Below are positions 1-12,845 of a stretch of 64,000 nucleotides of DNA, one piece after another; within the stretch, counting starts at the first letter, position 1; each line of letters starts with the position of its first letter. The stretch is from positions 4,712,001 through 4,776,000 of the forward strand of contig OZ234493.1 of assembly GCA_965153455.1 (NCBI GenBank), written 5' to 3'. The notes below the pieces were generated by a model. The model saw nothing but the letters and a program-made list of their open reading frames with translations, was not told the DNA's origin and did not search any database. The position numbers and the translations under genes are program-made. This DNA is from Sphagnum compactum (lineage: Eukaryota).

Positions 1-1654
1 TGGTTCTGACCATTGTTCTTTTATTGGGTTTTTTGTGTAAAAAAAAAAAGATGAACCACGACTAATTCATCAAGGTTCCACCTGGGTAACCTTTTGTTGG
101 AACCCTTCTCCTTCTTCCCCCAACTACCGGGTTAACTACCATTGTTGGTCAGTTCCAGATCTGGTTATTGGTCTAGTTTCCAGTTACCTGGACCCTGGGT
201 GCTGATTCCGAAAACTTGGAATTGGAACCAGACCTAGAACAAGCCTACTTTGGAACCCAAAACAGAACTAGGCTGTGGAGTCAGCCGCCTATTGGAACCT
301 AGATTGAACTGGACCTGGGATTTAGCATAATGCAGGGAACCAAACTGAACCAGAGTTTGGCTGTAAATTTTTCAATACAAGTTTTAAATTTTTTATGTCA
401 ATGAGTATTACTTTTTGTAGTTTCCAAGGCCAATATGGTAGTACCTTGGCAACTTCGGCACATGTATATTGATTTAATTGATGAATTTGAAAATTTATAT
501 TTTCAACAATGTATTAGAATATTCCTGAAGATTCAATATTTTCTTTCACAAATTCTTTTTCTTTGTTTTTTTTTTTCCTGTGTGAAAATTTTGACACTTC
601 TAAAAATAATTTGTTGAAGCTGCCATGGTATTATGGTATGTATTGCTTTAAAAAAAGGTTGTAGGTACATTGTCTTTTCCAATTAGGTGGTCACTTTGAG
701 TTGGTCACATGACTATAATGATGTTATCTAGAGAAAAGGTGGGGTTCATCAACTATTTTATCTACTTTGGTAAAATAGGTTGTAAGACAAAAGAAAAAGG
801 GAAGGGAGGAGAAACATCAATACAAATATACCCCATGTATTTCTTTATTGCAAAAATAAATCTAAGTCTAACAGATTTCCTTATGACTCAACAAGGAATA
901 TTAATCTCATTACAAGTTTATTGAATTCTAAATGTTGTTTTGGAAATTTTCCCACCCAAGTCTACACATCTCCTTATGACTCCATCAACCTTCATGTCAT
1001 TAGCAGTTTATTGGATTCCAACTGTTGTTCAAGAATTTCCAAAGATCTCTTATATAATTCTTCTCATTACTCTACAAATCTTACATTGAATTTTTAATAT
1101 TTAGAACATGTCCATAATCTTGAAAGGATTAACATGGCATTATAATATTTCATGTCACAATCAATCTAGGTTATGTAAAGTCTTATCACCAAAACAACTT
1201 AATCATGAAACATGACCCCTTGCCAACCACAACCATATATGACAAGTAACCAAAATAATGCCTAAAAATAAGTTAGTAACTAACTTCGACCATAGATGGC
1301 AAGGGCCCAAAATAGCAACCAAAAACAAGTTCTTGGTGATCTACCTGACTAGCCTATCATAACCATAATTGGTTCATACTAAAATATTATTTCATCACAC
1401 ATCATATGGACAATATTCAATTACTTCATAAAAATTTATGTAGGTGGGTACAGGAGAAGGAATCTTCAATTATTAATTTATTTTTCCGCTGACTCACTTT
1501 AAATGTTAAAAAAATGCAATAGAGATAAAACTTTTTTAAAAAAAGGTGCCTTACAAATTATGGAAGGCACTCTGACAAGCTAGTGCAGGGTCTTACATGA
1601 AGAGCAAGGGCCTGCACCTGATTTTGCTCTAAAACAGTACTCCGCAAACAACAC

Positions 1655-1796
1655 TTTAAAAGAATACTGGTTAGGAAATAGCTAATCAGATTAGCGGGGT
1701 TGCGTATGGGACAGGAATACAACAAAGAAATGTCTCCTGTCCACAAATTATCCATCCTGCATGGTGTGATGGTGGGTGCTGGTTCACTCTGGCCCC
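1655..1796. mobile_element. MITE family A right-end fragment
   Basis: Ends GGTGGGTGCTGGTTCACTCTGGCCCC. Its subterminal part also matches 54406-54452 in reverse complement. Confidence 0.7.
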
Positions 1797-2254
1797 TTAG
1801 AGTGAGTTTTCACTACGTACATTAATGTGCTGTGTAAGGGACAGCTGAGCTCATCAAAGTCCATCATAGGCTGAGCTTGAAAAATGTGAGATCAAGGGAA
1901 AGGCATTGGCAACTTTGACATTACTAGCTTGTTGTGCATTCTAAGACCTTCTTACCTTGCTTTTGTTGAGGTTGGTTCTGCCTTGGATCAACTCTAATAA
2001 TGAGTGCAAATTATATGAATGATCCAAGTTGATAGAGAGGTTTGCTAAGGACATGACTACTGGGAAAGGGTTTTCATCAAATTCAGACCTTCATTTCTTC
2101 CATGCAAATGATCGATCACTCCTAAACCAATGGAGTACATAATCCTTGAACTTAATAAAGTTATCCATTAAGTCATGCCGTGTTGGGCCTGAGTTGCACC
2201 CCTCATTTGATGCTTCATCCCCTCCTGGCTGTCATTTGCAAAGTCATGAAATTT

Positions 2255-2522
2255 TATTGGCCTTGTGTTGGTAGGCAAGGATATTGTGTTGAGATTCATT
2301 ATAGAGTATAATAGGTTAAGAGGTTTTTGGCCCCTAGTTAGTAGCTCAATTTCGATACAAGGGTCTTTGAAAGATGATATTTTAGCTTGTTTTGAAACTT
2401 GAGATTTGTGGTAGAGTTATGATGTCTTGAAAGATTTTGGTTTCTTTTAGAGGATTTTTTTTTGAAGATTATATTTTTGCATGGTGAAATATTTGAATTT
2501 CCATAAGTCTTCTTTTGCCTTA
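2255..2522 (+). repeat. Dispersed ~265-bp repeat, copy 1
   Basis: Collinear with 35601-35857; both end TTTGCCTTA. Confidence 0.85.
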
Positions 2523-3331
2523 AAGATACTTCTTAATGTAAATGACGAAGGCCACAGTGTCACACACTCCTTGTTAAATAAGAGGGCATGAAATGCTGAG
2601 ACTTAGGATTAAATGCACGAGGCTCGAGAACACATAGCAGCAGCAGTGATTGTTTGAAGGCGTTCAGGAAAGTAAAGGACAGGGCGAACTCAGATCTAAG
2701 TTTCAGTCCCTGTTGAAGCCCAGTGTGCTCTTTTTCACTCTTTTTTGAAATCTCATCCCATATATGAGTAAACACGGAGTTCCGGTGCTGACTTTAAGAA
2801 CAACTACCATATGCACTCAATCTCAAGTATTTCAAATTTGATCATAAACTTGAATAAATGCATTCCCAACTCTGCAAAAAATTCTTGTTGGGTACCAACA
2901 GCAAGAAAGAGTGCCCAATCTCTTTGCATCAGAGGCTAGCTACTCTTAAACCCCTGGTTTTCTTGGGAATTTTAAATTGATGCAACCACATGAATCTAAT
3001 TGTTTCCACAAAAAAAAAATTGGGCCATGTGGAGTGTGATCATAGGATCCAAATGGCCTCTTGAGTTGGGAAGTCCATGTCAATTTGAGGCGGTTTCGAT
3101 GAAGATAAGGCATGCAACACAATGTAAGGCACGACGAGTAGGGAGGTGCAGGGTGGGATTTTTGCCTAAAGGCAACAGGGAGCCGATCCAATGAAGGACA
3201 ATAGCGGAATTTGGTTGGAGGTAGATTTGGGAGGGGGCTGGTGGGTAATACTTATGCTTCCATTTGCTATTGGCTGATTTCCTGTCTGATGTGGGGGGAG
3301 AAAAATGGAATTTTGATGGTATGACATTCAT

Positions 3332-3542
3332 GGTGCATTCACACTTGATGTTAAGTCAGTGTTAAATGAAAATCTAGGTGGCATCCTAGGTGGTGCCTAT
3401 TGTTAAATGGGCAATAGCTTAATGTTAATTGAATGTTAGGTTAACATAAAATGTTTATGGTAAGTAAGTGTAAGTCCTAAATGACTAGCATGGTGCTAGG
3501 GAACTCAACACTCAAGTCCCTAACACCAAGTGTGAATACACC
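3332..3542. mobile_element. MITE (211 bp)
   Basis: 22-bp TIRs GGTGCATTCACACTTGATGTTA and reverse complement GGTGTATTCACACTTGGTGTTA (2 mismatches). Confidence 0.85.
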
Positions 3543-3715
3543 TTTAGTGCTATTCTGAGTTGACCTTCAAACATTGTTACGCGTTGAATGATTAATTTGT
3601 TGCATTCGTTCAGTGCTTGGCACTTGCTCAACAAGTTGTTGGCTAGTTAAAATGAGTGTTGCAATGTACCAGGCTAGAATGGGAAGACAATAAATCAGCC
3701 AAGGGTCCTAAACTA

Positions 3716-4022
3716 GGGTTGTCGTGAACCAGCACCCACCAGTGCACCATCCACTGGATGCTTGTTATTACTCAATTGTGGATGAACCTCAACTGAGTTA
3801 ATATTTGGTTTCACCTTTGTAACCTATTTTGGAGGAAATAGGTCTCATATATAGGTAGATCGGTAGGAAAATAAGTAACTACTAGGCAAGTAAATGGTTT
3901 ATACATAGATAATGGTTGTTTTTACTACCTACCTACTAACGACCTGCTTGTGGGTTGTTAGTAGGTACCCCAAAAAAAAGCTCCTTCCTGGTGCATTGGT
4001 GGGTGCTGGTTCACTGTGACCC
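3716..4022. mobile_element. MITE family A (TIR core GTGAACCAGCACCCACC), copy 1
   Basis: ~34-bp TIRs GGGTTGTCGTGAACCAGCACCCACCAGTGCACCA and reverse complement GGGTCACAGTGAACCAGCACCCACCAATGCACCA, flanked by TA. Interior matches 32714-33097. Confidence 0.85.
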
Positions 4023-4183
4023 TAAATGAGGTAGTGCAAAAGTATTGTTGCATTTCCTTTTTTTATATTAAAATTCATAACTGAGACTTGTGATGTGATA
4101 TTCAGTTGAGTAATTGATTTTGGATTAGACTACAAGACTCATAATGACCAAGTTTAGATCCATTAACATATGAACATAGGTTG

Positions 4184-5460
4184 CACTATAAGAAAAAAAG
4201 GGTGTTTTGCAATTGGCCTTGCAATTCAATTTTTGAGTTACAAAGGAAACTTGCAACTCATCGTATTTATATGTCATGAGTATTAACGAACAAGTTGAAT
4301 GAATCACAAAGTTGCAACTCATCATATATACATCACAACTCATTGCAATTCAATTGCAACTATAACACTTAAATGCTTAAGGTAGGCTAGATCCAATGGG
4401 AGGGCTCCATTGTTTTAGTGTCTAAACAAAACGTGAACCCCTCTTACTGGCGAATCTAATGCATTAAAAATCATTAAAAAATAATAGAATTGAGAAAGTT
4501 ATGGGCCCCCAAAGTAAAGGGGGTCAAGAACTCAAAAAACAAACCACCAAATGCTATAAAGGCCAGTTCCTGAACACCTAAGAAAATCCTTAATGTTGCT
4601 ATATTATTATTAGAGTTCCGAGACAATTTGTAGAACTTTAGGTGGTGCTCCTATACCATTTTAATTCAATTTAAATGAATAAGAAATAAGAAAGTTCTGA
4701 GGTTTGAAAGTAGGAGGGGTCTAAAGGAAAAAAAAAGGAAAAAAAAAGTTTTGTAAGTTGGAAAACTTATTTTTCTTCTTGTTATTTTCTCATTACTCCT
4801 TTTCCTTTGCACTTCAAAGATGATTTCTAAAGCTTGAGGTAATGCTCCTATAACATTTTAAATCACTCAAAATGAAGCATATTTGATGAAGATATAAATC
4901 ATTTATGAATATGTATCTTTATTAAGTTATAAATAGTTGTATTATAGTCATAACATAGTTGAAGATTAGTATTTTTGTAGTGATGCACTAGTGACTGTAC
5001 TAATTGTATCAATGAGAATCATAATAAAAAACTAATTGCAAACGTATCCCATAATGGGTGGTGGAAATGTGGACACATGGCATGATCACATGTATGTACA
5101 TTGTACTTTAGTTGTAACATCATTGTTGCTTTAATGGCACATTTACAATAGTTTTAAAGTAGTTGTTATATGTAACTACAACGTAACTTTCAAAAAATCA
5201 AACATGGTTGATTACATATATATGTACAATGTGTATAAATTATCGTATAGAAGACCCAATTTCAACTCACTTGCAACTATAATATAACTAATTGATTTTT
5301 TGACTTGGCAATTTATTTATTAATACACCGTATTTCTACGGGGATAATTGCACATTGGTTGTAATACCCAAGGGATAGTTGCATAATAGTTGTATATGAA
5401 TTATTTTTTGTGTTTTAGTTGCATGGAATGTGGTTTCAATGAACATGATCTTTCATAGTG
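4184..5460 (+). mobile_element. Non-autonomous CACTA element, family 1, copy A
   Basis: Starts CACTATAAGAAA and ends TTTCATAGTG. Perfect 3-bp TSD TTG (4181-4183, 5461-5463). Many GCAACT/AGTTGC subterminal motifs. Confidence 0.9.
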
Positions 5461-6836
5461 TTGACACATTTTTTGCCATCACCACATCATGTGTTTAAGT
5501 GCACCCTTGAAGCAAAAAATGGCGGTATATGAAGGTCTTGCCAAATTTGATAAACATAATTTCAACTCACCACTGCAAAAAAAAAATGTTGCTTGTTGAT
5601 ATTGATTTTGTTGAACTTTTAAGAACAATTTTTTGATTTTTTCAATTCCTTTTGGAAATACTGTTCATCTGCAGTGATATAATTATAATAAAAAATGAAC
5701 TCATACAAATTTATAATTTTGTTTAAGTCCTCTGTCATATCCTTTGGCTAAATATGGATGGAATTTGCAACTTGTTTTGTTTAAGTGTTGTGCTCATTCT
5801 ACAAAGATGGCAAGATCAAGGAATAACCACAAATCCAAGATCAAAAACCAACTTGCCACTAAGGGTGGAAGATGCAAACGCATTACCAAATCTGCATCCA
5901 AATCTGTAAAACAACAACCAACAGAATTTGGAAGATGCAAATACATCACATGGGTAGTTATGAAATCATGGTATGAGCATATTGGATTTTTCGTTGAAGG
6001 TATTCTTGACGACATATTCATGTGTTATGTATGGTCCACTCCTAGTGGATGATGAGGCAGATTAGGGCTTGTGGACATAATTGGAATCCTTTCAAAATTT
6101 GAAGCTCATTTTTAGAACATGGAAAGGCTTTACTGATATTAATCTTGTATGGCTTGCCAATTAGGTCAATGTGTTTGATGTTGTGACCAATCCTCTAATG
6201 CAAATTCTTAACTAGTTAGAGCCATTCCCCATCACCCACGACAATTTTGAAAGGTGAGTTGTGGTTCTAAATATTGTTGGTATAGATGGATCAGCCTTCA
6301 CTACTGCCCCCCACTTGTTGCCCATGCAAGATCTCAAATTTTTGAAGAATGTCACTAACAATATTATGTGGGGAGAAGGTGGGGGTTGGTGTGAACATGA
6401 GGAGCATAATGAGTGTGAGTGTGAGTTGCAAATGGAATTCCTTGTTTGGTTGTGAAAAAGGTCATGCATGGATCTAATTCTAGTATGTTGTTGATTTATG
6501 GGGTTGCTTGTGTGGTTTTCTTGAAGAACTTTGAATTTATATTTATGGATTTGATGGTCATTTGTTTGTTTGCATGTATGGCATGCTTGTTATGGATAAT
6601 GGGCTTTTTACACTTAGAGTTCTAGCTAGAAACACATGGGCGGGTGCCAGTTAAATGGCCCATTGTGACTACCAATTTGAAATGCCCACTTTGCCTTTTA
6701 TTGCCTTGCAAATATTTTGAAATTGATTCCCTTTCAAAATTGAACCTAGCTATGTAACTATTGTTACCCAAACTACCCAAACTATGTAAACCATATTTCA
6801 AAGCATATACACGTGGCAATCTGAGTTTCTACAATT

Positions 6837-8690
6837 ATGAGTCAAGATCCAAATCCTTCAACAACTCACCTATGGGCTAGATATCAAAAAAATTGGCAAA
6901 GAGAAAAAGCCTATGCCAATGCTAGGAAGGCACCCAAAATGACATGCAATTGCAATACATGTCATGGAGGGAAGGCTTGGACAAGGAAAGTTGTTTGTCG
7001 CCACCTCAATAGTTGGGGGCGCAATCCTACTTTGTGTGATGTCCAACTTGCTTTTATAAGCTCCCATTGAATATTAGCATATATTCACATGTAATGTCCA
7101 AGATGTCCACTTGTGAATGTCTTGATTGGAGTTTATTAAGTTAGAGTGCCCAATTTGCAATTATAAGGGTTGGATCAAGGGTATTAATTAATTTACCAAG
7201 ACTTCAACCTTGACATGTAACTGTTGCTACAAGTAGTGCTGTTGGTTGTGATGAAGTGGAATTGGGGAATCAAATGGCAACATCTCTCAATGATGCATGG
7301 CAAACATGTGGGATATCCATGGATCAATCTAATAGACCCAATGGAGATTTGAACATGCAAGTTAACTTCAATATGGCTAAACCCCTAGAATTTGACTAAA
7401 TGTGGTAGGGGAAAATGTTGAAAGCAATAATGTGATTTTAGGGGGATATGGACCAACACAACCTGAACTTGATCTAGAAATAGATGACCCTCACTATCTA
7501 AAGCTAGCAATTGAATCCAAAGTATCTTTGTATGAGGGTTGTGTTCTCAATAGGTTGATTGGAACATTAATGATTCTAAACACGTGCAACGCACCAAGTT
7601 GCACTAATGGATTTGTGGATGAGCTTTTATCCTTGTCGAAAAACTTTGTGCTTCCAAAACCCAATAATTTGCCTAACTTTCACTATGAGGCAAAAAGTTT
7701 AATTCAAAATCTAGGTCTTGGTTATGTAACAATCCATGCATGTGAGAATGGTTGTGTTTTGTATCACAATGAACACATGGCAACAGAGTAATGGCCAATT
7801 TATGGTGTGTCCAAATTTTTCCGTGGTCGTAATATGGTGCCAAGGAAGATCTGTGGCACTTCCCATTGATTCCATGGTTCAAACGGATGTTTAGAGCTCC
7901 TACTTTGTCTAAGTTTATGAGATGACACTAGGGGAACAAAAGTCAAGATGGATATGTGAGGCATGCTATTGATTCAAAGGCTTGGGCCCAAATTGATTCA
8001 TTATGGCCCCAATTTGCAACAAATGCCCGTAATTTAAGGGTAGGCCGTGGATTGGATGGGGGTCAATCCATTTGGGAACCAATCCATGACATGGTCAACT
8101 TAGCCAGTTCTCATCTAAACTATAATTTGCCACCTTGGCTAACCACCAAAAAGTTCTTTCTAATGCTAGCCTTACTTATTCTAGGGAAAAAATTAGTAAA
8201 ATAATACAATATTGATGTGTACATGGCTCCATTATTAGAAGAGTTGCAACTTTTTTGGAGTGGGGTTGAAGTTTGGGACATAAAAAGACTGGTGGGACAT
8301 CAGAGTTTCAAAATGCATGGCATATTTGTGTGGGAAATCCATGATTGCTTGCATATGGATTGCTTTCAGGCCATGTCACAAAGGGGTGCAAAGGATGTAT
8401 GGCTTGTGGTCCAAACACATGAAGTCACCATTCAAGAAAATTGTGCAAAACTGCCTACATCGATCACCGTAGGTGGTTATCGTTAGATCATCCATATTGA
8501 AGGAATGCCCATGACTTCAATGGCAAGTTTGAAAGAAGGTCAACCCTGAATGTTATGCAGGGGTTTCAAGTCCTTAATCATGCCATTGCATATGAGGCTT
8601 GGAAACAAGTGGTGGGACAAAAACAACAACCCGTGCTTCCATAATGAAGTGAAGCAAAGAAATGTTCTCTTTGATTTACCATATTGGAAG
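6837..8690 (+). pseudogene. Decayed CACTA/En-Spm TnpD (Tnp2, Transposase_21) transposase with an N-terminal transposase-associated Cys/His domain
   Basis: Motifs across several frames: CNCNTC..RHL..WG, IHACENGCVLY, HFPLIP.FKRMF, RHAIDSKAW..ID..WPQF..RNLR...DG, YNLPPWL..KKFFLMLALLI, IDVYMAPLLEELQ, DHRRWL..DHPY, FDLPYWK followed by GT at 8691. Multiple stops and frameshifts. The C-terminal half was not found. Confidence 0.9.
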
Positions 8691-11600
8691 GTGTGGATTA
8701 AAAACCATCTCTTCAACATAATTATGTTGTTTTCCATTGTTTCCATTGTTGAATTTGTTCATAATGAGACCCCTAATCGGCCAATATTGTTGCCATTGCT
8801 AAAAGGTTGCCTTCTTGGTCTGTTATTGTTGAATTAAAAACCCCTCCATCTACCATTGTGTTCATATTAGTATAGGGTATTCCAATATTGCTACCATTGC
8901 TAAAAGGTTGCCTTCTTAATTTGCCGCCCATGCTAATTTTGAACACCCTCGGTCTGCCATTACTGAATTTAAACACCTTTGGTTTACCATAAAGCACTAC
9001 CTAGATTTTTCCTTTGTAATTTTAGGTCTTTTACTTGCCTGAAGAAACATGTTTTCATCAATGGGGATCTTCCATTGTGGAAAGTAACAGTCAAGCTAGA
9101 TTGGGATCTTTTAATCATTGAAAAACACCAATTAGTCTATCATTAAATTTTTAAAAAAAGTTATTCCCAAAACTACTTTACATAGGAAAAAGTTATGTAC
9201 TCAAGCCCCTCTCCTATACATTATTGTCATACTTGTACATGGTACACTTCAATTTACCAGATTATTGCAATTATACCTATTAATTGTCCCTGTTGGTCAA
9301 ACAAAAATATGTGGTTATTGTTCATTTGATATGGTTGTTAACACAATGTAGGTTAAGAAGTTATGATATATTTGTAGTGAAGTCTAAACCTTGCCCACTT
9401 TCTAAGATTAGGGTTTGGATTGCCATTGGAGGAATGTGGGTAATTTTGAAGTTTGATGATGTTAGGGAGATTGTTATATTACATTAGGAGAAAAAGGATA
9501 TTTTTTAACCAATCGATTTTCGACTACATGTCATCCTCAACTTTGTTTCGACTACACATTAATATTTATTTTTAAGAATTCCATGTGGATGGGATGACAT
9601 TTCAAATGAGTTGACATGTCGACTAGTTTGGTAAGTGTACGACATTGACCACTAACGGGTGTTGATCATCAAAATATTTTTAAAAATAAAACATAACATA
9701 GTTGAAGAGTAGTTGAAAATTCCACTTTGCCATGACATTATGCCACTTTAAGTCAATTGCTTGACTATTTTGGTGGACCTTATTTTTGAATGGATGAAAA
9801 AAAGATATTGATGGATGAAATATTGCATGCATTTTCAAATGTACTTCAATTTTAATTATCATTACCTATACCCTACCAACATATTACCTACCCACCTACC
9901 TACTTATCATTACTTACACCCTATGTACATGTTATCTATTTACTATTGTACTTATACATACATATTACATACCTACTTACCTAGGTACCTACAGACTATT
10001 AACCTACATAACTTAACCTACACCCTACTTTAAATCACCTATGCGATAATTTAAATCTACTTAACCTAAAATTTATCACCTACCTATAACTACTTTGATA
10101 ATATATGTAATAAGTACCTACCTAACCTACAAAGTATTAATACCTACTTACATGTACTTAGAAGTAATTTGCAACAAGTGTACTTGCTTAAACTATAACC
10201 TACCTAGGTAGTTAATGAGGCATGTAAGCATGTAGGCTACTTAAGTGGTTAGGTTGGATAGCTAGTGAGGCTAGATTTAAATGGGGTGGCAAGGCAAGGT
10301 AAGTTATGATTACCTACCTACTTATTGTCAATCTAGATGCAATAGGAGGTCCATAAGTAAGTAATAGGTAGACATGTTAGGTCAAATGTAGGTAAGTAAA
10401 TTACTTAAATTAATTAGGTATAGGTAGATAGGTATTAAATAACTAAGTAACTAGGCAAGGCTTTTAGGTAGGTATTTATTTGATTTTTGTTTAATCATGG
10501 TGTCACGACTCACAACTTATTTGCTTATACCTACCTAAGTGATTCACAACCTACCTATATTTAACCTATTACTACCTACCTAGGTCTACATAGGCTTTAA
10601 GTTAAGTAAGAAAATTAATTAGACGTAGGCTAGGATAAATAACTAGGCTTAGCAAGGATTCAATTTTGTGGTATAAAATAATTGGTATATAATTTTATGG
10701 CATTTTAAATATTCATTAAAATTCCATAAAATGCCACAAAATTAAATTATACCATTTATAATGTTTTAAATTATATCATAAAATGTCATTAGTTTATAAA
10801 TTATTCCATTTATGCCATTAAATGTCATATAATATGTATAATGCCATAATTAATTATGAATGGATGGATTTAATGTGGCATATAATATGAATGAATGAAT
10901 GAATAATTTAATGTGCCAAATAATATGGATGAATGGATGGTATGACATATAATAGTGGTGGCAATGTGTTGGCAGGAAATTCAAAATTTAAATTATAGTT
11001 GAAAACAACTTGAAACGATGTCAACTTGCATAGTTGAAAATTAGTTGACATCCCGACTATAACCACATACTTCATCCATCCATGGATGAAGGGACTACAA
11101 TTAAATAACATTGTCATTCACTTTGAGCTTTCTTTGCGATCTAGTTTGATTTTTATTTTTATTTTACAGTTTGTTTTATTTTATTTTGTTTTTATTTAGG
11201 CACAACTTATGTTTAGAAGTTTAAATCATGTAGTTTAATATCAATTCATGGATTTTTTTCAAATGAGTGCATCATGCCTTTTGCATGTGAGGAATTTCAA
11301 GTTTTTTATTTTGGGGTTATTGTTAAGTTGTTTTTTTCTTTATCATGTTCAAGTTTTTTTTTTCTTCGTTTCATTGCATTTAAAAAATAAATTATTAAGC
11401 ACATTAAGGTCATATGGTGTCAAAAAAAAAGAACATGAATAACATGAGGAAACAAGCTTATGGAGTTTGGAAGCCACCACCACACATGCCTTTTACAATT
11501 GTAGGTGCTTAAAAACTCATTTCCTTTTTTTTGTTTATTTTCCCTTTACTAAGATATTAATTTTTTAAATTTCTCCCCATGTTACCTTTAGTTAAATTTT

Positions 11601-11692
11601 TTTAGCTAGGTTTTGTTTTGAACTCTTGTTGGTTTTTCTTTCAACTAGGTTTTTCTTTGAACTTTCATTAAGGTAACTAGGTTCATTTTACT

Positions 11693-12115
11693 ACACTTAA
11701 GTGCTTAGGGCAATCCAAATCCAAGGGGAAAGCTCTTTTGTTTCTAGTGTCCAAGCAGATGTTGAACCCTTCCTCTTCGTGCATTTAAAGCACTAAAAAT
11801 TGTCAAAAACGAATTAAAAATGGGAAAGTTATGTTCCCCCAAAGTAGGGGGGGTCAAGAATTCAAAATAGCAAACCACAACCGGTTTTTGAACACCCAAT
11901 TTTTTTTTTTAATGTTGTTCTATTGTTATTATAGTTCCAAAATTATTTATAGAACTTAAAGTGGTGCTCCTATAACACTTTAAATCATTTAAAATGAAGA
12001 AGAAATGAGAAAGTTATGAGCTTTGAAAGTAGAAGGGGTTTAAATAAAAGAAAAAAGAAAATCGTGTTTTGTAAGTATGAAAGGTTTTTTCTTCAACTTT
12101 CATTGGTTTTTCTTC
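11693..12115 (+). repeat. Dispersed ~420-bp module also present inside CACTA copies A and B
   Basis: Matches 4365-4790 and 49027-49450 (ACACTTAA...GAAAGTTATG..CCCCAAAGTAGGGGGGGTCAAGAA...). Confidence 0.85.
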
Positions 12116-12845
12116 GTTTCCAATTCCAAAACAAACATTTGGGCAAGGAGAACTAAACTTATGAACCTTTTCGACCATGAATGTAAATAAGGTTTTGATT
12201 ATGTTTGTTTTAGTGAACTACTTTTAATTAAGTTTCAACTATGTTTGTTGATTATGTATAAAACAAGCCCATGATGTCTGCCATTTCTATTTGTTATTTA
12301 GTTCTAAATTCTCCAATTTTCAAAATGTTTTTTCCTTCAAACTTCCTTATTCTTGAGTAATAAATGATGATGTTTTTATTGATTTTTAATGTGTGCAACT
12401 AATGTACAATTTTTTTTTGATGCATTATAACTTAAAATCTTATTAATTTTTTTCATTTCTAACAACTTTCATTTTCTTTAATTCAAAAATGTAGGCTACA
12501 GCTATGAACAAGTCAAAGTGGTGGTGATTTAGATGGTGTGGTTTAGAACTGTGAGGTTGTGGCAATAGCCAAAACGTGCATTAAACAAAAAAACAACATT
12601 AATGCACTTGGCTCATTGGACAATGCAAGCATGCTTTCATTATTAGGAGACACACCTCAAAATATAAAGGCGAGATTCTTAATTCTAATCCTTAGACCAT
12701 TGTACAAGTGACCATTAAGGTTGTGCTTTCTCAATCTGACATGTCTAGAACTTTCATTGAATAGGTACAGGTATAGAGCCAAAAAACCAACCTATGAGAA
12801 TCAAGGGCGGCAACTATTATACTAAACTTTTAGAAGCTGTTTAGA

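Noticed and set aside
5744..6469. Short ORFs upstream of the TnpD relic
   Set aside because: No recognisable motifs; cannot be assigned to TnpA or a host gene.
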